The notes: generated by a model not told the origin, from the sequence alone. A stretch of 64,000 nucleotides of DNA from Eledone cirrhosa (GCA_964016885.1 CAXHJY010000488.1:53001-117000), one strand, 5' to 3'; shown: positions 42,131-56,946, counted from the stretch's first letter. Program-made: numbers and translations.

Positions 42131-43174
42131 AAGTGTGTGTGAAGAGAGTTCCGAGGGTGTGTAGGGGAGTGGGAGTGAGACATTTAGAAAAAAGGGGCGG
42201 GGGAGAGGAAAAGGAGGATAAACGGTGGAAGGGGTACAAATAAAAATAAATATAAAAAAAATAAAAATAAAAATAAACATGAAGATAAACAAGTGGTGGA
42301 AGGGTGTGGGGCGTGTAGGGGTGGTGGCGGGTGGAGTAGGGAGAGGGAGGCGGGTGTCCGAGCGGGGAGGGCTGAAGGTGGTGTATGTGTGTAGGTGTAC
42401 GTGTGTGTGTGTGTATGTGAATGTGAGAGTTGGGGGAAGAACGAGGTTCCATGTTCAGGAAAAGGTGTGTGTTTGGGGTGGGGTGTAGATTGGTGTGTGT
42501 GGATGGGGAGGGGTCAGGGGGGGGGAGGATTCCGGAGGCTGAGGGTGTATATATGTGGGGGTACGCACGTGTGTGTGGTGTTTATACGTATTGTGGATTT
42601 ATGTGGCGTGGTAGGAAAAAAATGTTTGTGAGTGTATGTCCGTGGGTAAGTTCCTAAGGTAGTTCCGTAGAGGGTGTGGTGAGGTGCTGGATATTTTCCT
42701 TGTGATGGAGTTGATGGTGGGAACGATGGCTGATGTGTGTAATCCGTGGTTGTGTTGGTCGGAAGAGGGGAGATGGGGGGTGGGGGGTGGGGGGTGCGCG
42801 CGCAACAGTTCAGCGAGAATCGCATTTCGGCTGGTAGAAAAAGCGAAACGAAACGCAAAATCGTAGAAATGCTGGCAATCGCTCAATACTTAAAAAACTG
42901 TTATATATATATATATATATATATATATAACAGCGATTGTATGATTAATAAACTAAGTAAATTCTAAAAAAAAAAAAAAGAGATTAGCCATCTCAGTTTT
43001 GTATGAAACAAGATTCCCCAAGCTGACACAATCTCTTATAATTATCACAGTTGCTTTATTTAATCTTATTTCACTGTCAATTCAATTGTTTACTTTTCAT
43101 TTCCTTACATAAACAACATGTAAGACTGTATTGATACATCCAACATGTGTCGGCCATTTTAACATCATATTTTT

Positions 43175-44090
43175 CTGTGTATTTATGTGTGTATGTTGAT
43201 GTGTGTGAGTTTGTGTGTATGTGTGTGTATGCTGGTGTGTGTGTGTGCATGTCTTTGTGGGTGTATGTGTGTGTGTGTGTGTTTGTGTTTGTGTGTTTCA
43301 TATGTCTGTATGTGTATGTGTGGTTGCGTATGTATGTGTATGTGTGTGCATGTTTATGTGTGTATATGTTTATGTGTGTATATTTGTTTATGTGTATGTG
43401 TGTACGTATATTTATGTTTATATATATATATGTGTGCGTATGTATGTGTGTGTATGTTTATGTGTATATGTATGTATGTATGTTTGTGTGTGTATATATA
43501 TGTATATGTATGTATGTGTATATGTATGTGTATGAGTATACGTATGTTTATCTGTATATGTATGTTGAGTATATGCATGTATATGTGTACATATCTGTAT
43601 ATGCATATATGTATGTTTATGTGTATATATATGTGTATATATGTATGTATATGTGTGTATGTGTGTGTATATGTGTGTATATGCGTATATGTATGCATAT
43701 ATGAATATGTGTGTATGTATATATGTAAGTGCATGAGTATATGTATGTTTATCTGTATATATATATGTATGTGTTTATATGTATGTATATGTGTACATAT
43801 CGGTATAGGTGTATGTGTAATGTTTATGTGTATATGTATGTGGGTATATGTATATGTGTATGTTTATGTGTATATGTATGTGTGTATATGTGTGTGTTTA
43901 TATGTGTTTGTTTATGTTTATGTGTATATGTATGTGTGTATATGTGTGTATATGTGTGTATATATGTATGTATATGTGTGTATATGTATATGTGCATATA
44001 TGTATATATATATGTGTATATATTTGTATATGTGTGTAAATGTGTATATACGTGTATATATGTATATATGTGTATGTGTATATGTGTGTG
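43175..44090. repeat. long degenerate (TG)n/(TA)n/(TATG)n tract
   Basis: Directly visible. Confidence 0.95.
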
Positions 44091-44225
44091 GAATTATGAC
44101 GAGCATCTTCACCATATTTATATGTCTCTAATTATTCTAATCTGAATTGTTAATATTCAGAGAAAGTTAGAATATTATTGCTTCGTAACTCTATTATAAA
44201 TTGATCTCTGTAGCACCACACATGT

Positions 44226-44338
<113 letters not shown>

Positions 44339-44492
44339 CATGTATATATATATATTCACGCATTATATACTGAAATCACATTTAATTTCGATTTCTTAGT
44401 TATGTGAAATAGAAATATTTAAAAGTTCAGTAGGACAAATTGATTTATATTCTTGCTAAATGAGATATAACTCAAATGTTATATATACATAC

Positions 44493-44551
<59 letters not shown>

Positions 44552-44711
44552 TATATATGTGTGTGTGTGTATATATATATATATATGTATATATATATAC
44601 ATATATATACATATATATATATTACATTTATGAAATCAGTCGGCCATGTTAATAAATGTTGTTAACATACACACACACACAGAGTACCACATACTCATAT
44701 ATACACATAAT

Positions 44712-44892
44712 TGTTTCTACTTTTAGCACAAGGCCAGCAATTACCTCAGTGTATTACTGGTACTTTATTTTATCAACCCCGTAAAGATGAAAGGCAAAGT
44801 TAACCTCGGCGGGATTTGAAATGAGACCATAAAGGGTCGCAACTCTATGCTGAAAAGCATGGCGTCCGACCCTCTACCGATACTACCAGTCC
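44712..44892 (-). mobile_element. SINE family B with 19-bp target-site duplication
   Basis: ACTCATATATACACATAAT at 44693-44711 and 44893-44911. Confidence 0.93.
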
Positions 44893-44950
44893 ACTCATAT
44901 ATACACATAATGCATATTTGTTTCTTACTCTCAAACTCACCTTCCTTTAC

Positions 44951-44988
<38 letters not shown>

Positions 44989-45034
44989 AACTAAAATAAA
45001 TAAGTCAAATATTTAAAATTTGGCTTCGTTTATT

Positions 45035-45089
45035 ACTGCTATATATATTTCGGTGACAGCCATCTTTGGCTGTGACCTCTTCAGGCAGT
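45035..45089 (-). ncRNA. type I hammerhead ribozyme with intact core
   Basis: Minus strand: stem I ACTGC/GCAGT, core CTGAAGA, stem II GGTCACAGCCA-AAGA-TGGCTGTCACC (10 of 11 pairs), GAAA, palindromic stem III ATATATAT, cleavage triplet AUA. Confidence 0.8.
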
Positions 45090-45239
45090 CCGAATTAGTG
45101 TGGTAGAGACGAGTACACATGTTTTTGAGGTGTTTAACTTTGTCAATACTCTGATATTCCCAGTTCCTGATTGGGTTCTTATTTCACCGAGGAACTGGAA
45201 TCATATGAATTTAAACAAACGAATTTCAGCGTCGAAGGA

Positions 45240-45863
45240 CATCCTCTCCTTCCATTGGTCAGTTGTGAGAACATTCCTCAGTCAAAAGTCTATAGAAATT
45301 CGTTCTGAGGCGAGGCAATCTGTAGTGGTTGTTTTTGTTATTGTTAAGCACATCTGACCTCTACTCTTATGTTGGTAGTGGTGTTGGTGTTGGAGTCAGC
45401 TTAATTCCAGCTGCTGCTGATTTTAGATGGATCTGTGTGTGTGTGTTGGCATCTATCCTGCCACCATTTCTCGTGGTGGTGGTGGTGGTGGGATAAGGGG
45501 TCGGGTGGCGGGTGGGGTGGTGCCAAGCATATGAAGAAATAAAAGGCAATAAAATGAAGAAAATAGAAATTGAAAATAAGATAATATAAGCAAATAATTT
45601 AACAAAAAAAATGATAAAATGGTAGAAGGAATAAGATGATAAAAGAATAAAATAAGGTAATCAAATAAAATGTGTGTGTGTTATAACCAATCTCAAAGTT
45701 AGAAAGATTTGTAAGATCCCCTCCTCCCATTGGTCAGTTGTGAGAGCATTCCTCAGTAAAAAGTCTATAGAAATTCTTTCTGGGGTGAGGCGATCTGTAG
45801 TGTTGGTTTTTGCTATTGTTAAGTACCTCTGACCTCTACCCTTATTTTGGTAGTGGTGTTGGT
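45240..45863. repeat. local direct duplication of about 150 bp (45240-45388 and 45716-45863)
   Basis: Shared CCATTGGTCAGTTGTGAG...AAAAGTCTATAGAAATTC...CTGACCTCTAC...GGTAGTGGTGTTGGT. Confidence 0.85.
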
Positions 45864-45950
45864 ACTGATGAAGGGTGATACCCAGAAACATTAGTGTCTG
45901 CAGTTCTGTTTACATGCCAACACAAGAGCAAGACTGTTCATTTCAACACA

Positions 45951-45993
<43 letters not shown>

Positions 45994-46357
45994 CACATAT
46001 ATATAGAAATATATATGTATGTATACCTATATAGTTTAAAGATCGAACCTTGAGCTGAACAATCGCGAAACGCGCGTCACACCTGAATAAACTTAATGAA
46101 AATTTGACACCTCGTCCATAAGTATTGTTATTTGTTTGTAACATCGCCTGTCTAAAGAGAAGAACGACACTGATCAGCTAGTCTGCTAATATGCTAATCA
46201 GGCCAGTCAGTCACTGTATATTTTAGAAAATATATATTTTCACTAGCTCTGACAGTTGGCAGGTGAACAGTGAGCTATACTGATGAAGGGTGATACCCAG
46301 AAACATTAGTGTCTGCAGTTCTGTTTACATGCCAACACAAGAGCAAGAGTGTTCATT
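45863..46357 (+). repeat. 80-bp direct repeat (45863-45942 and 46278-46357) that begins with a hammerhead-like core
   Basis: TACTGATGAAGGGTGATACCCAGAAACATTAG...CAAGAGCAAGA in both copies; CTGATGA, GGGT/ACCC stem, GAAAC; stem I is not evident. Confidence 0.8.
46021..46173 (+). mobile_element. (TA)n-preceded interspersed repeat with hammerhead 3' half
   Basis: Second copy at 51695-51849. Contains GAAACGCGCGTC (palindromic ACGCGCGT plus GTC triplet). Confidence 0.7.
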
Positions 46358-46449
46358 CTACTGACATGGCTTTGAAAATGGGGCTTGTTTGCATAATTGC
46401 AAACGAATCGAATATTATTATTAATATTCGGAAAACTCAGATTACATTG

Positions 46450-46480
<31 letters not shown>

Positions 46481-46588
46481 GTAGTGAAAGAGTGAAGAAT
46501 AACATGGCCGGCTGTAGAAAAAGGGTTTTATTAACAATTGTTTCATTGATCAGGTGAGTCTAATTTAGACTCTAAAGGCCGCTAATCA

Positions 46589-46659
<71 letters not shown>

Positions 46660-46661
<2 letters not shown>

Positions 46662-46750
46662 AACAGAAATAACAAAGCAAACGGCACAGTACAATGAAAT
46701 AATAAGAAATGTGTCTTAACAATTCGGGCACAAGTTCTTCATCATAAGAT
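46660..46750 (-). mobile_element. decayed copy of the hammerhead element at 52373
   Basis: Minus strand TCTTATGATGAAGAACTTGTGCCCGAATTGTTAAGAC and downstream TACTGT...TGTTATTTCTGTTTA match 52373-52490. Ends in (TA)n. Confidence 0.6.
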
Positions 46751-47419
46751 AGAATGAGGAATAAAATATGCAATAGAAAGATAAAGTGTGTGTACTCGGA
46801 GTACAATATGATAGGAACCCTGGGGGTGCTTTGATTCTACCTAGGTGGCGCTTCTCCAGATTTGTGGGCGCGTTCATTTTCTATGTTTACATCTATATAT
46901 TGTGGTGAATTTTTAATGTGGTTTTCCTGTTATTACAATTTCACCCCTAGATGTACACAGCAACACCCCAACACCGCAGCACAGATTTTCTGATCAACCT
47001 GAAACAGCCTGTTTTATCTGGACTGCTTTATCCTTGGATCATATATCTTTATTTTCCCTCTCATTTCCCTCATATTATTTATTTATTTATCATTATTTGA
47101 TTAATTTAAACGTCCGTATAATGCTAGTAAGCCATGACAAACTAGGAGAAGTATCTAGTACTTCTTACAGTTGAGACACAAAAAAAAAGATAGACAGAGA
47201 TAAGTGAACATAAAAATAAAAAATTAAATTAAAATAAGATAAATAAAAATTAAAAAATTCAGCAGAAAAGCCCAATGGGAGGCAAAATAAGCTTAAAAAA
47301 AGATAAAGAAGAAATGGTAAACAAGGGAAGCTGTAAAGAAGCTAGAAGGTTCTGTTGTTGAATCTTTTCATAACCTCCATGTACTCAAAGATTATTTTTA
47401 TGTATCTCTAATCTTGTTG

Positions 47420-47631
47420 TGAAGGCGCATGTCTTAGTGGTTAGAGCATTGGGCTAGCAAACGAAACGTTCTGTTTCCTTGAGCAAGACACTTTATTTCA
47501 CGTGGCTCCAGTTTACTCAGCTGTAGAAATGAGATGATAGGACTGGGGTCCCTATCATTAAATCACCCAAGAGACCTCCAACGAGATATACCTTGGAGGA
47601 GGCCAGCTAAACCTGCATAGGTGTGAGCTGT

Positions 47632-47664
<33 letters not shown>
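47420..47664 (+). mobile_element. SINE family A (internally deleted) with (AAC)n tail and 10-bp TSD
   Basis: AATCTTGTTG at 47410-47419 and 47665-47674. Confidence 0.92.
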
Positions 47665-47667
<3 letters not shown>

Positions 47668-47964
47668 CTTGTTGGGTTTTTAATGATTCAGCCTTCAAGA
47701 TCTCAGGCTGATAGTTTTTACATTTACTAGCGGAAAATATATTTAAAAGCTTGCCGCATACTTGTATCTCCAATCTTGGAAGTTTATTAATGGTAAGCTT
47801 CAAGATGTTCTCTCTCCTTCCCTCTCTCTACTTCTCTCTCTCTCAGACTTGGAACAAATAGTGCCAAAGACTTCCATTCTTCCTTTTCCTATCTACTGCT
47901 GCAACATAAGTCTCTCAATGTCTCCAAGAATTCTTTTTTTCCACCATAGTTTTTTTGCTGGTTT

Positions 47965-48292
47965 AAATCTACGCTCTGAGTTCAAAATTCTGCCGAGGTT
48001 AACTTTGCCTTTCATCCTTACGTGGTCGATAAAATAAAGTACCAGTAATGTACTGGGGTCGATTTAGTCAAGTTTACCCTCACCCAAATTGTTGGCCTTG
48101 TGCCTAAATAAGAAACCATTATTATAGAGTTACGGCCCTCTATGATCTGAGTCCAAATCCCGCCGAGGTTAACTTTGCCTTTTATCCTTACGGGGTCGAT
48201 AAAATAACGTACCAGTCACGCACTGGGGTCGATTTAATCGACTTTCCTCTCCCCCAAGTTACTGGCCTTGTGCCTATATAACAAACCATTAT
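47965..48292 (+). mobile_element. two tandem 5'-truncated family B SINEs (subfamily with extra GGGGTCGATTTA segment)
   Basis: Copies at about 47965-48123 and 48125-48292, each with B box, body and GGCCTTGTGCCTA tail. Confidence 0.88.
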
Positions 48293-48752
48293 TTTTAACA
48301 TTAACATTGTTTGCACCATAGAATGTTAGCCAGACCATTTAATGTTAACTAATAAATATTTAATTCTTATCAGGAATTTAAGTTTAGTTGAAATTTTAAA
48401 TGTATAACTATTCTTTCCTTTGCTTTTCAATTTATATGTTTTATTTATTTATCTTCTTTTAAGGGTGGGGTTACCGACTGATACACGAAGCATGTTTGCG
48501 AGTGCGAGGTATCAACCAATATAACTAACAACATTTTCACAGATTTAATTCTGTAATGAGAATTTCCGGTCCAGATACATTCTTACAGTCTATCGTCACA
48601 GATGAAGCAATTTAATACTGATTCTCTTAGACTGACGAGACAAAATCTTAACCAATTATAACTTATTATAACTTATTACATGAATATACTACATAAAACA
48701 CCCACCAACCACTATCATGGGTACATACAGACATATATATAGAGGCAGATGT

Positions 48753-48834
<82 letters not shown>

Positions 48835-48851
48835 CCTTTATGTATAGGTAT

Positions 48852-48887
<36 letters not shown>

Positions 48888-48888
<1 letters not shown>

Positions 48889-49076
48889 ACGAAGGAGTTG
48901 TGGTAAGGAACCAGATGGACCATAACGCACCAGAGTACTCAATACTTAGGGTAGTAGAGTGGGTAATAGGAAGATGTATGACCCCGACGGCAGAGCTCAA
49001 GCAGTTTCGACGTCTATTTCAGTCCAGAAATAGCCGTCGAGACGGCTTGAGCTCTGCCGTCGGGGTCATACATTTT

Positions 49077-49080
<4 letters not shown>
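48888..49080 (-). mobile_element. foldback element copy 1 (54-bp arm hairpin plus about 80-bp tail) in (TA)n
   Basis: Arms 48967-49020 and 49027-49080. Inverted homologue at 49849-50052. Confidence 0.8.
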
Positions 49081-51364
<2,284 letters not shown>

Positions 51365-51694
51365 AAACTCTGAATGATTAACTACTTCATTACTTAAATG
51401 TTCTCCCATCTACACATGTAACTCGCATCTGTGATCAATCAGACATTATTCATGAATGGAGAGTCAACAGTTCTCTAGGGAGGCCACACTTTATATATTT
51501 CTCGCGTCTAATGTCGCTTCCTATTAATCAAACTAGTTTTCGCGGTTAAACATGCTCTCCAATCTGCTAAATTGTAATGGAAACAACCCGACCAACGTAT
51601 ATATATATATATATATATATTTAAAAGAATAGAGGTGTAACACACGATATATATATATATATATATATGTGTATGTATATGTATGTATATGTAT

Positions 51695-51849
51695 GTATAC
51701 CTATATAGTTTAAAGATCGATCGAACTTTGAGCTGATCAATTCCGAAACGCGAGTCACACCTGAATAAACTTAATGAAAATTTGACACCTCGTCCATACA
51801 TATTGTTATTTTTTGTCATATCGTCAGTCTGAAGAGAAGAACGACACTG
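51695..51849 (+). mobile_element. second copy of the 46021 repeat
   Basis: High identity to 46021-46173. Confidence 0.75.
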
Positions 51850-52372
51850 TAGTCAGGTCCAGAGCTCGTATGGGTGACCGTGAGCCAATGCTCTGCGAAA
51901 CGTGCGTAACAGGTCAATACACAATAAATATCTTATACATGTAAACGAAACTTCCTCGTTTTTTCTAACACACACACACATATATATATATATACTCCCA
52001 TACTCATTACCCCCCCCCCCCCCGACACACCCAAATCTCATATATAGAGTCACACATCACAACACAACCTGATCTCAGTTTGACACCCACCACCGACCAA
52101 TGTGAGAAAGTTCTCCATGAAAGTTAACTGGGAATCTTAAAAAATCTCCCCACCGAAGCTAAACAATTTACTAGATCTGCAAAACCAAATTGTAAAATCA
52201 TATAATAAAATAAAATTAAATTGTTTAGAACTACAAGTGAAGTCATTTTTTCCCCTTTTTTAAAAATATACCAAGGATTTCACACATTTTCCAATATATA
52301 TATATATATATATATATATTTTTTCCAATTCCAACCCACCCGTCCCCTCAATCTATTTTATTTCTCATTCTT

Positions 52373-52408
52373 TCTTCTGATGAAGGACTAGCGTCCGAAA
52401 CGTTAAGA
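52373..52408 (+). ncRNA. minimal type I hammerhead ribozyme (Penelope-like-element type)
   Basis: Stem I TCTT/AAGA, core CTGATGA(A), stem II GGAC-TAGC-GTCC, GAAA, stem III reduced to palindromic ACGT, triplet GUU. Confidence 0.75.
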
Positions 52409-52494
52409 CCTTCTTCCTGCTATATCAAGTGTTAACTTAATATATACCTTTCATATACTGTACTGATTGTGTTGTTATTTCTGTTTACCTTTTA

Positions 52495-52575
<81 letters not shown>

Positions 52576-52883
52576 TAACCCGCCATAAAACCACATTGGC
52601 ATACGGTTGGATAATACTTGTTTCCCTATATGTATATTTTACACGTAGGAATTCATACTTTATTATTATTGATCTCCCCCTAAGGCAGAGATAAAAGTTT
52701 GGCCGTTTGGACTGTTGCTATTTCTAGTGGCAGGACATTGACCTGTTCACCCTGCCTTTTGTCTTTGCACACGGCACCAGACAGAATTATTTCTTTCATC
52801 TTCTGCTCTCATTTGGGAATGGTTTTGTATGGCGTCAGTTTGTGATTTGAACTCGGGAATTTTATATTCTCCGAGGGAGAAGA

Positions 52884-52965
52884 GCCTTCTGAAGATTGCT
52901 CCCTTCTTAATGGAAATCCGCTTGGATTTTCCGTTTATTCTGGAGCATGAAACCGCGGGAAAGGC
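52884..52965 (+). ncRNA. hammerhead-like motif with long stem II and a U16.1->G change
   Basis: Stem I GCCTT/AAGGC, CTGAAGA, stem II TGCTCC/GGAGCA enclosing hairpin GGAAATCC-GCTT-GGATTTTCC, GAAA, palindromic CCGCGG. Confidence 0.65.
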
Positions 52966-53542
52966 ACATATACAGCGAATTTTTAAAAATATATTTTAAA
53001 ACTTTTTTTCTATTTGCTAGACCTCGATTTAATATATATATATATATATATATAATGGAAAATGAAAAATCAGTGAAGCATCGGAACTCAATTTATTGTG
53101 TGTTACAATTGTTTCCCCGGCCTACATCTCGAGGTGCGATCTGTGTGGATCGACCTGACTCTGGATTCATAGATTCCTCGGACACGTCTATTGATTTTGG
53201 ATCATATCCTCTTTCTGGGGGTTCCTGACCCTACAGGTTTATATCGTCCACCTTCATCCGCTTTGCGCGTCCTTGGGTTGGTCATTGGTTAGTGACGTCA
53301 TCATTATTCTGACCACTGGTATCAGCCCGCTGACCGTTAGGGCGTGAGTTGTCACTCACCCACTAACCCTTCGTCCCGTCCATGTAGGAGACATGTACTC
53401 TTAGTCACTTTACACCACGGAACCTGAGATAAACACCAGCCTGAGGATCCTCCGAACTCGAGACAGACTTTAGAATTTTAGAGATACTGAAAAGAATATA
53501 AATGTTGATTATAATGTCCGCTATAATTCCTATGGTGCCTGA

Positions 53543-55816
53543 TTTGGTATAACAACTGTTCTATGTATACCACACCTTTGGTATAACTACTGTTCTATAT
53601 ATACCACACCTTTGGTATAACAACTGTTCTATATATACCACACCTTTGGTATAACAACTGTTCTATATATACCACACCTTTGGTATAACAACTGTTCTAT
53701 ATATACCACACCTTTGGTATAACTACTGTTCTATATATACCACACGTTTGGTATAACTAATGTTCTATATATACCACACCTTTGGTATAACTACTGTTCT
53801 ATATATACCACAACTTTGGTATAACTAATGTTCTATATATACCACACCTTTGGTATAACTACTGTTCTATATATACCACACCTTTGGTTAACAACTGTTC
53901 TATATATACCACACCTTTGGTATAACAACTGTCCTATATATCCCATACGTTTGGTATAACTAATGTTCTATATATACCACACCTTTGGTATAACTACTGT
54001 TCTATATATACCACAACTTTGGTATAACTACTGTTCTATATATACCACACCTTTGGTATAACAACTGTTCTATATATACCACACCTTTGGTATAACAACT
54101 GTTCTATATATACCACACCTTTGGTATAACTACTATTCTATATATACCACACCTTTGGTATAACTACTGTTTTATATATACCACACCTTTGGTATAACTA
54201 CTGTTCTATATATACCACACCTTTGGTATAACTACTGTTCTATATATACCACACCTTTGGTATAACAACTGTTCTATATATACCACACCTTTGGTATAAC
54301 TATTGTTCTATATATACCACACCTTTGGTATAACAACTGTTCTATATATACCACACCTTTGGTATAGCTACTGTTCTATATATACCACAACTTTGGTATA
54401 ACTAATGTTCTATATATACCACACCTTTGGTATAACTACTGTTCTATATATACCACAGCTTTGGTATAACAACTGTTCTATATATACCACACCTTTGGTA
54501 TAACAACTGTCCTATATATCCCACACGTTTGGTATAACTAATATTCTATATATACCACACCTTTGGTATAACTACTGTTCTATATATACCACAACTTTCG
54601 TATAACTACTGTTCTATATATACCACAACTTTGGTATAACTACTGTTCTATATACAACACCTTTGGTATAACAACTGTTCTATATATACCACACCTTTGG
54701 TATAACAACTGTTCTATATATACCACACCTTTGGTATAACTACTGTTCTATATATACCACACCTTTGGTATAACAACTGTCCTATATATCCCACGCGTTT
54801 GGTATAACTAATGTTCTATATATACCACACCTTTGGTATAACTACTGTTCTATATATACCACAACTTTGGTATAACTACTGTTCTATATATACCACACCT
54901 TTGGTATAACAACTGTTCTATATATACCACACATTTGGTATAACAACTGTTCTATATATACCACACCTTTGGTATAACTACTGTTCTATATATACCACAC
55001 CTTTGGTATAACTACTGTTCTATATATACCACACCTTTGGTATAACAACTGTTCTATATATACCACACCTTTGGTATAACTACTGTTCTATATATACCAC
55101 ACCTTTGGTATAACAACTGTTCTATATATACCACACCTTTGGTATAACTACTGTTCTATATGTACCAATCCTTTGGTATAACTACTGTTCTATATATACC
55201 ACACCTTTGGTATAACTTCTGTTCTATATATACCACACCTTTGGTATAACTACTGTTCTATATATATCACACCTTTGGTATAACAACTGTTCTATGTATA
55301 CCACACCTTTGGTATAACTACTGTTCTATATATACCACATCTCTGGTATAACTACTGTTCTATATATACCACACCTTTGGTATAACTACTGTTCTATATA
55401 TACCACACCTTTGGTATAACTACTGTTGTATATATACCACACCTTTGGTATAACTACTGTTCTATATATACCACACCTTTGGTATAACTACTGTTCTATA
55501 TATACCACATCTTTGGTATAACTACTGTTCTATATATACCACACCTTCGGTATAACAACTGTTCTATATACCACACCTTTGGTATGACAACTGTTCTATA
55601 TATACCACACCTTTGGTATAACTACTGTTCTATATATACCACACCTTTGGTATAACAACTGTTCTATATACCACACCTTTGGTATAACTACTGTTCTATA
55701 TATACCACACCTTTGGTATAACTACTGTTCTATATATACCACACCTTTGGTATGACAACTGTTCTATATATACCACACCTTTGGTATAACTACTGTACTA
55801 TATACCACACTTTTGG
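53543..55816. repeat. 34-bp minisatellite, about 67 copies, consensus TTTGGTATAAC[T/A]ACTGTTCTATATATACCACACC
   Basis: Period 34 (unit starts 53543, 53577, 53611); a few 32-33-bp units. Confidence 0.98.
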
Positions 55817-55899
55817 AGGGAAAATATCACCTGTGCAGTCAAACAATTTTAGCAATTTTAAGACAGTTCTTGTAGACATGCAAAGTGGCTGTAGATGTG

Positions 55900-56165
55900 A
55901 TTCTTTTCGTCTGTGATGTTTGACAATGTAATTGATATTGTTTAAGTAATAAAAACTAATCTTAAAATTCTCTGTTCTAAAGAGCTGCTAGTATTTGTTG
56001 TTTGGGTAGGGTGTTGTCTTACAAGATATACACAATACTTGGCTATACTTGAGAATGGGTTAAACCAGATCACTTTCTTCTTCCTAATTCCTTTCTGATT
56101 TTGGGTGGTGGTGGTGTTTTCTTCGTCTGAATTAGTTTTTTACTGAACCTATCAGCTTATTTTGC
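55900..56165 (-). mobile_element. decayed Penelope-like element ORF fragment (RT to GIY-YIG linker)
   Basis: Translates RKKKVIWFNPFSSIAKYCVYLVRQH then, after a frameshift, PNNKY*QLFRTENFKISFYYLNNINYIVKHHRRK. From recall this matches the PLE motif RKRNIIWFNPPYS...HFP...KIFNRNTVKVSYSCMPN. A hammerhead-like motif abuts it on the opposite strand. Confidence 0.7.
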
Positions 56166-56185
56166 CTCAGAACCGAGTGAATAAA

Positions 56186-56227
56186 CGTCACTGAAGATGG
56201 GGAAAAATCATGAAATACTAGTATGCG
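56186..56227 (+). ncRNA. degenerate hammerhead-like motif next to the PLE fragment
   Basis: CGTCA-CTGAAGA-TGG...TCA-T-GAAA-TACTAGTA-TGCG. Confidence 0.4.
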
Positions 56228-56370
56228 GAGTTCTCATATTGAAACTGAGGTAGCTGAGATATAATCACAGCTAAAAATACCCACAACGAGACATATGTAC
56301 GTTTATTATACATATACATATTGTATGTCCTTTCATATTTTAACTTTTGATATAAAATTTGTAGACTTAC

Positions 56371-56528
56371 CATCGTGTAGAACATACAAACAGTTTTATT
56401 CTCATCATCTCCATTCGGACAGTCGGCCATACCATCACATAACTGTGTATCGTCAATGCAAGTTGTGTCTTCATTTTCGTTATATACCGGACAAGCAAGT
56501 CGAAAATTGGAATCTATCTTTTTACACG
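56371..56528 (-). CDS. jeb: internal coding exon encoding an LDL-receptor class A module, jelly belly/HEN-1-like secreted ligand
   Basis: Acceptor ttttatttccag and donor ATG|gtaagt; 158 nt (phase 1 in, phase 0 out). Encodes CKKIDSNFRLACPVYNENEDTTCIDDTQLCDGMADCPNGDDENKTVCMFYTM: six Cys and an acidic DCxxGxDE motif. The ACP...CIDDxxLCDGxxDCPxGxDE...CMFY pattern matches insect Jeb as recalled. The exon is more certain than the gene name. Confidence 0.8.
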
Positions 56529-56946
56529 CTGGAAATAAAATAAAAAAATAAGTAAAAACCAGTTTTTCATACTTAATTTTATTATAAATTTCAATTAATA
56601 TTAAACTATTTTCTCATTATGCTTCATAACCATTTCTTTAACAATGGACAAAAGTTTAATTTCAAACTACTCAAATATATTTCTAGGATAAAATTACATA
56701 AAAATAATAAAGAATTTAATATTATGTCAATATAAAAGAAGAAAGTAGCACTGGAAAGGACTATAAATGGTATGAGAGCAAAAGGAGGGGAAGGGCAAGG
56801 ATTAATGGGCAACGGAAGAGAGAAAAGGAGAAGGGGAGAGGGTGATAGGCTCTTCACTTTATTAGTTTTCTTTATTGAACTATGAAATAAAAACACGTGA
56901 TCTCCTCACTCCAACAGGGATGAGAAGGCCCTGGATTGGATTGGAT

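Noticed and set aside
42055-42800. G-rich, G-quadruplex-prone tract
   Set aside because: It is low-complexity sequence inside a repeat remnant with no evidence of function.
51380-56190. Other candidate terminal exons for the jeb-like gene (acceptors near 56190, 53487, 51428)
   Set aside because: In phase 0 they give an immediate stop or short peptides with no resemblance to the Jeb C-terminal helix; they cannot be supported without RNA data.
56218-56430. 70-aa single-exon ORF from the track
   Set aside because: It starts at an internal Met of the LDLa exon and reads through a consensus donor (gtaagt) into intron.
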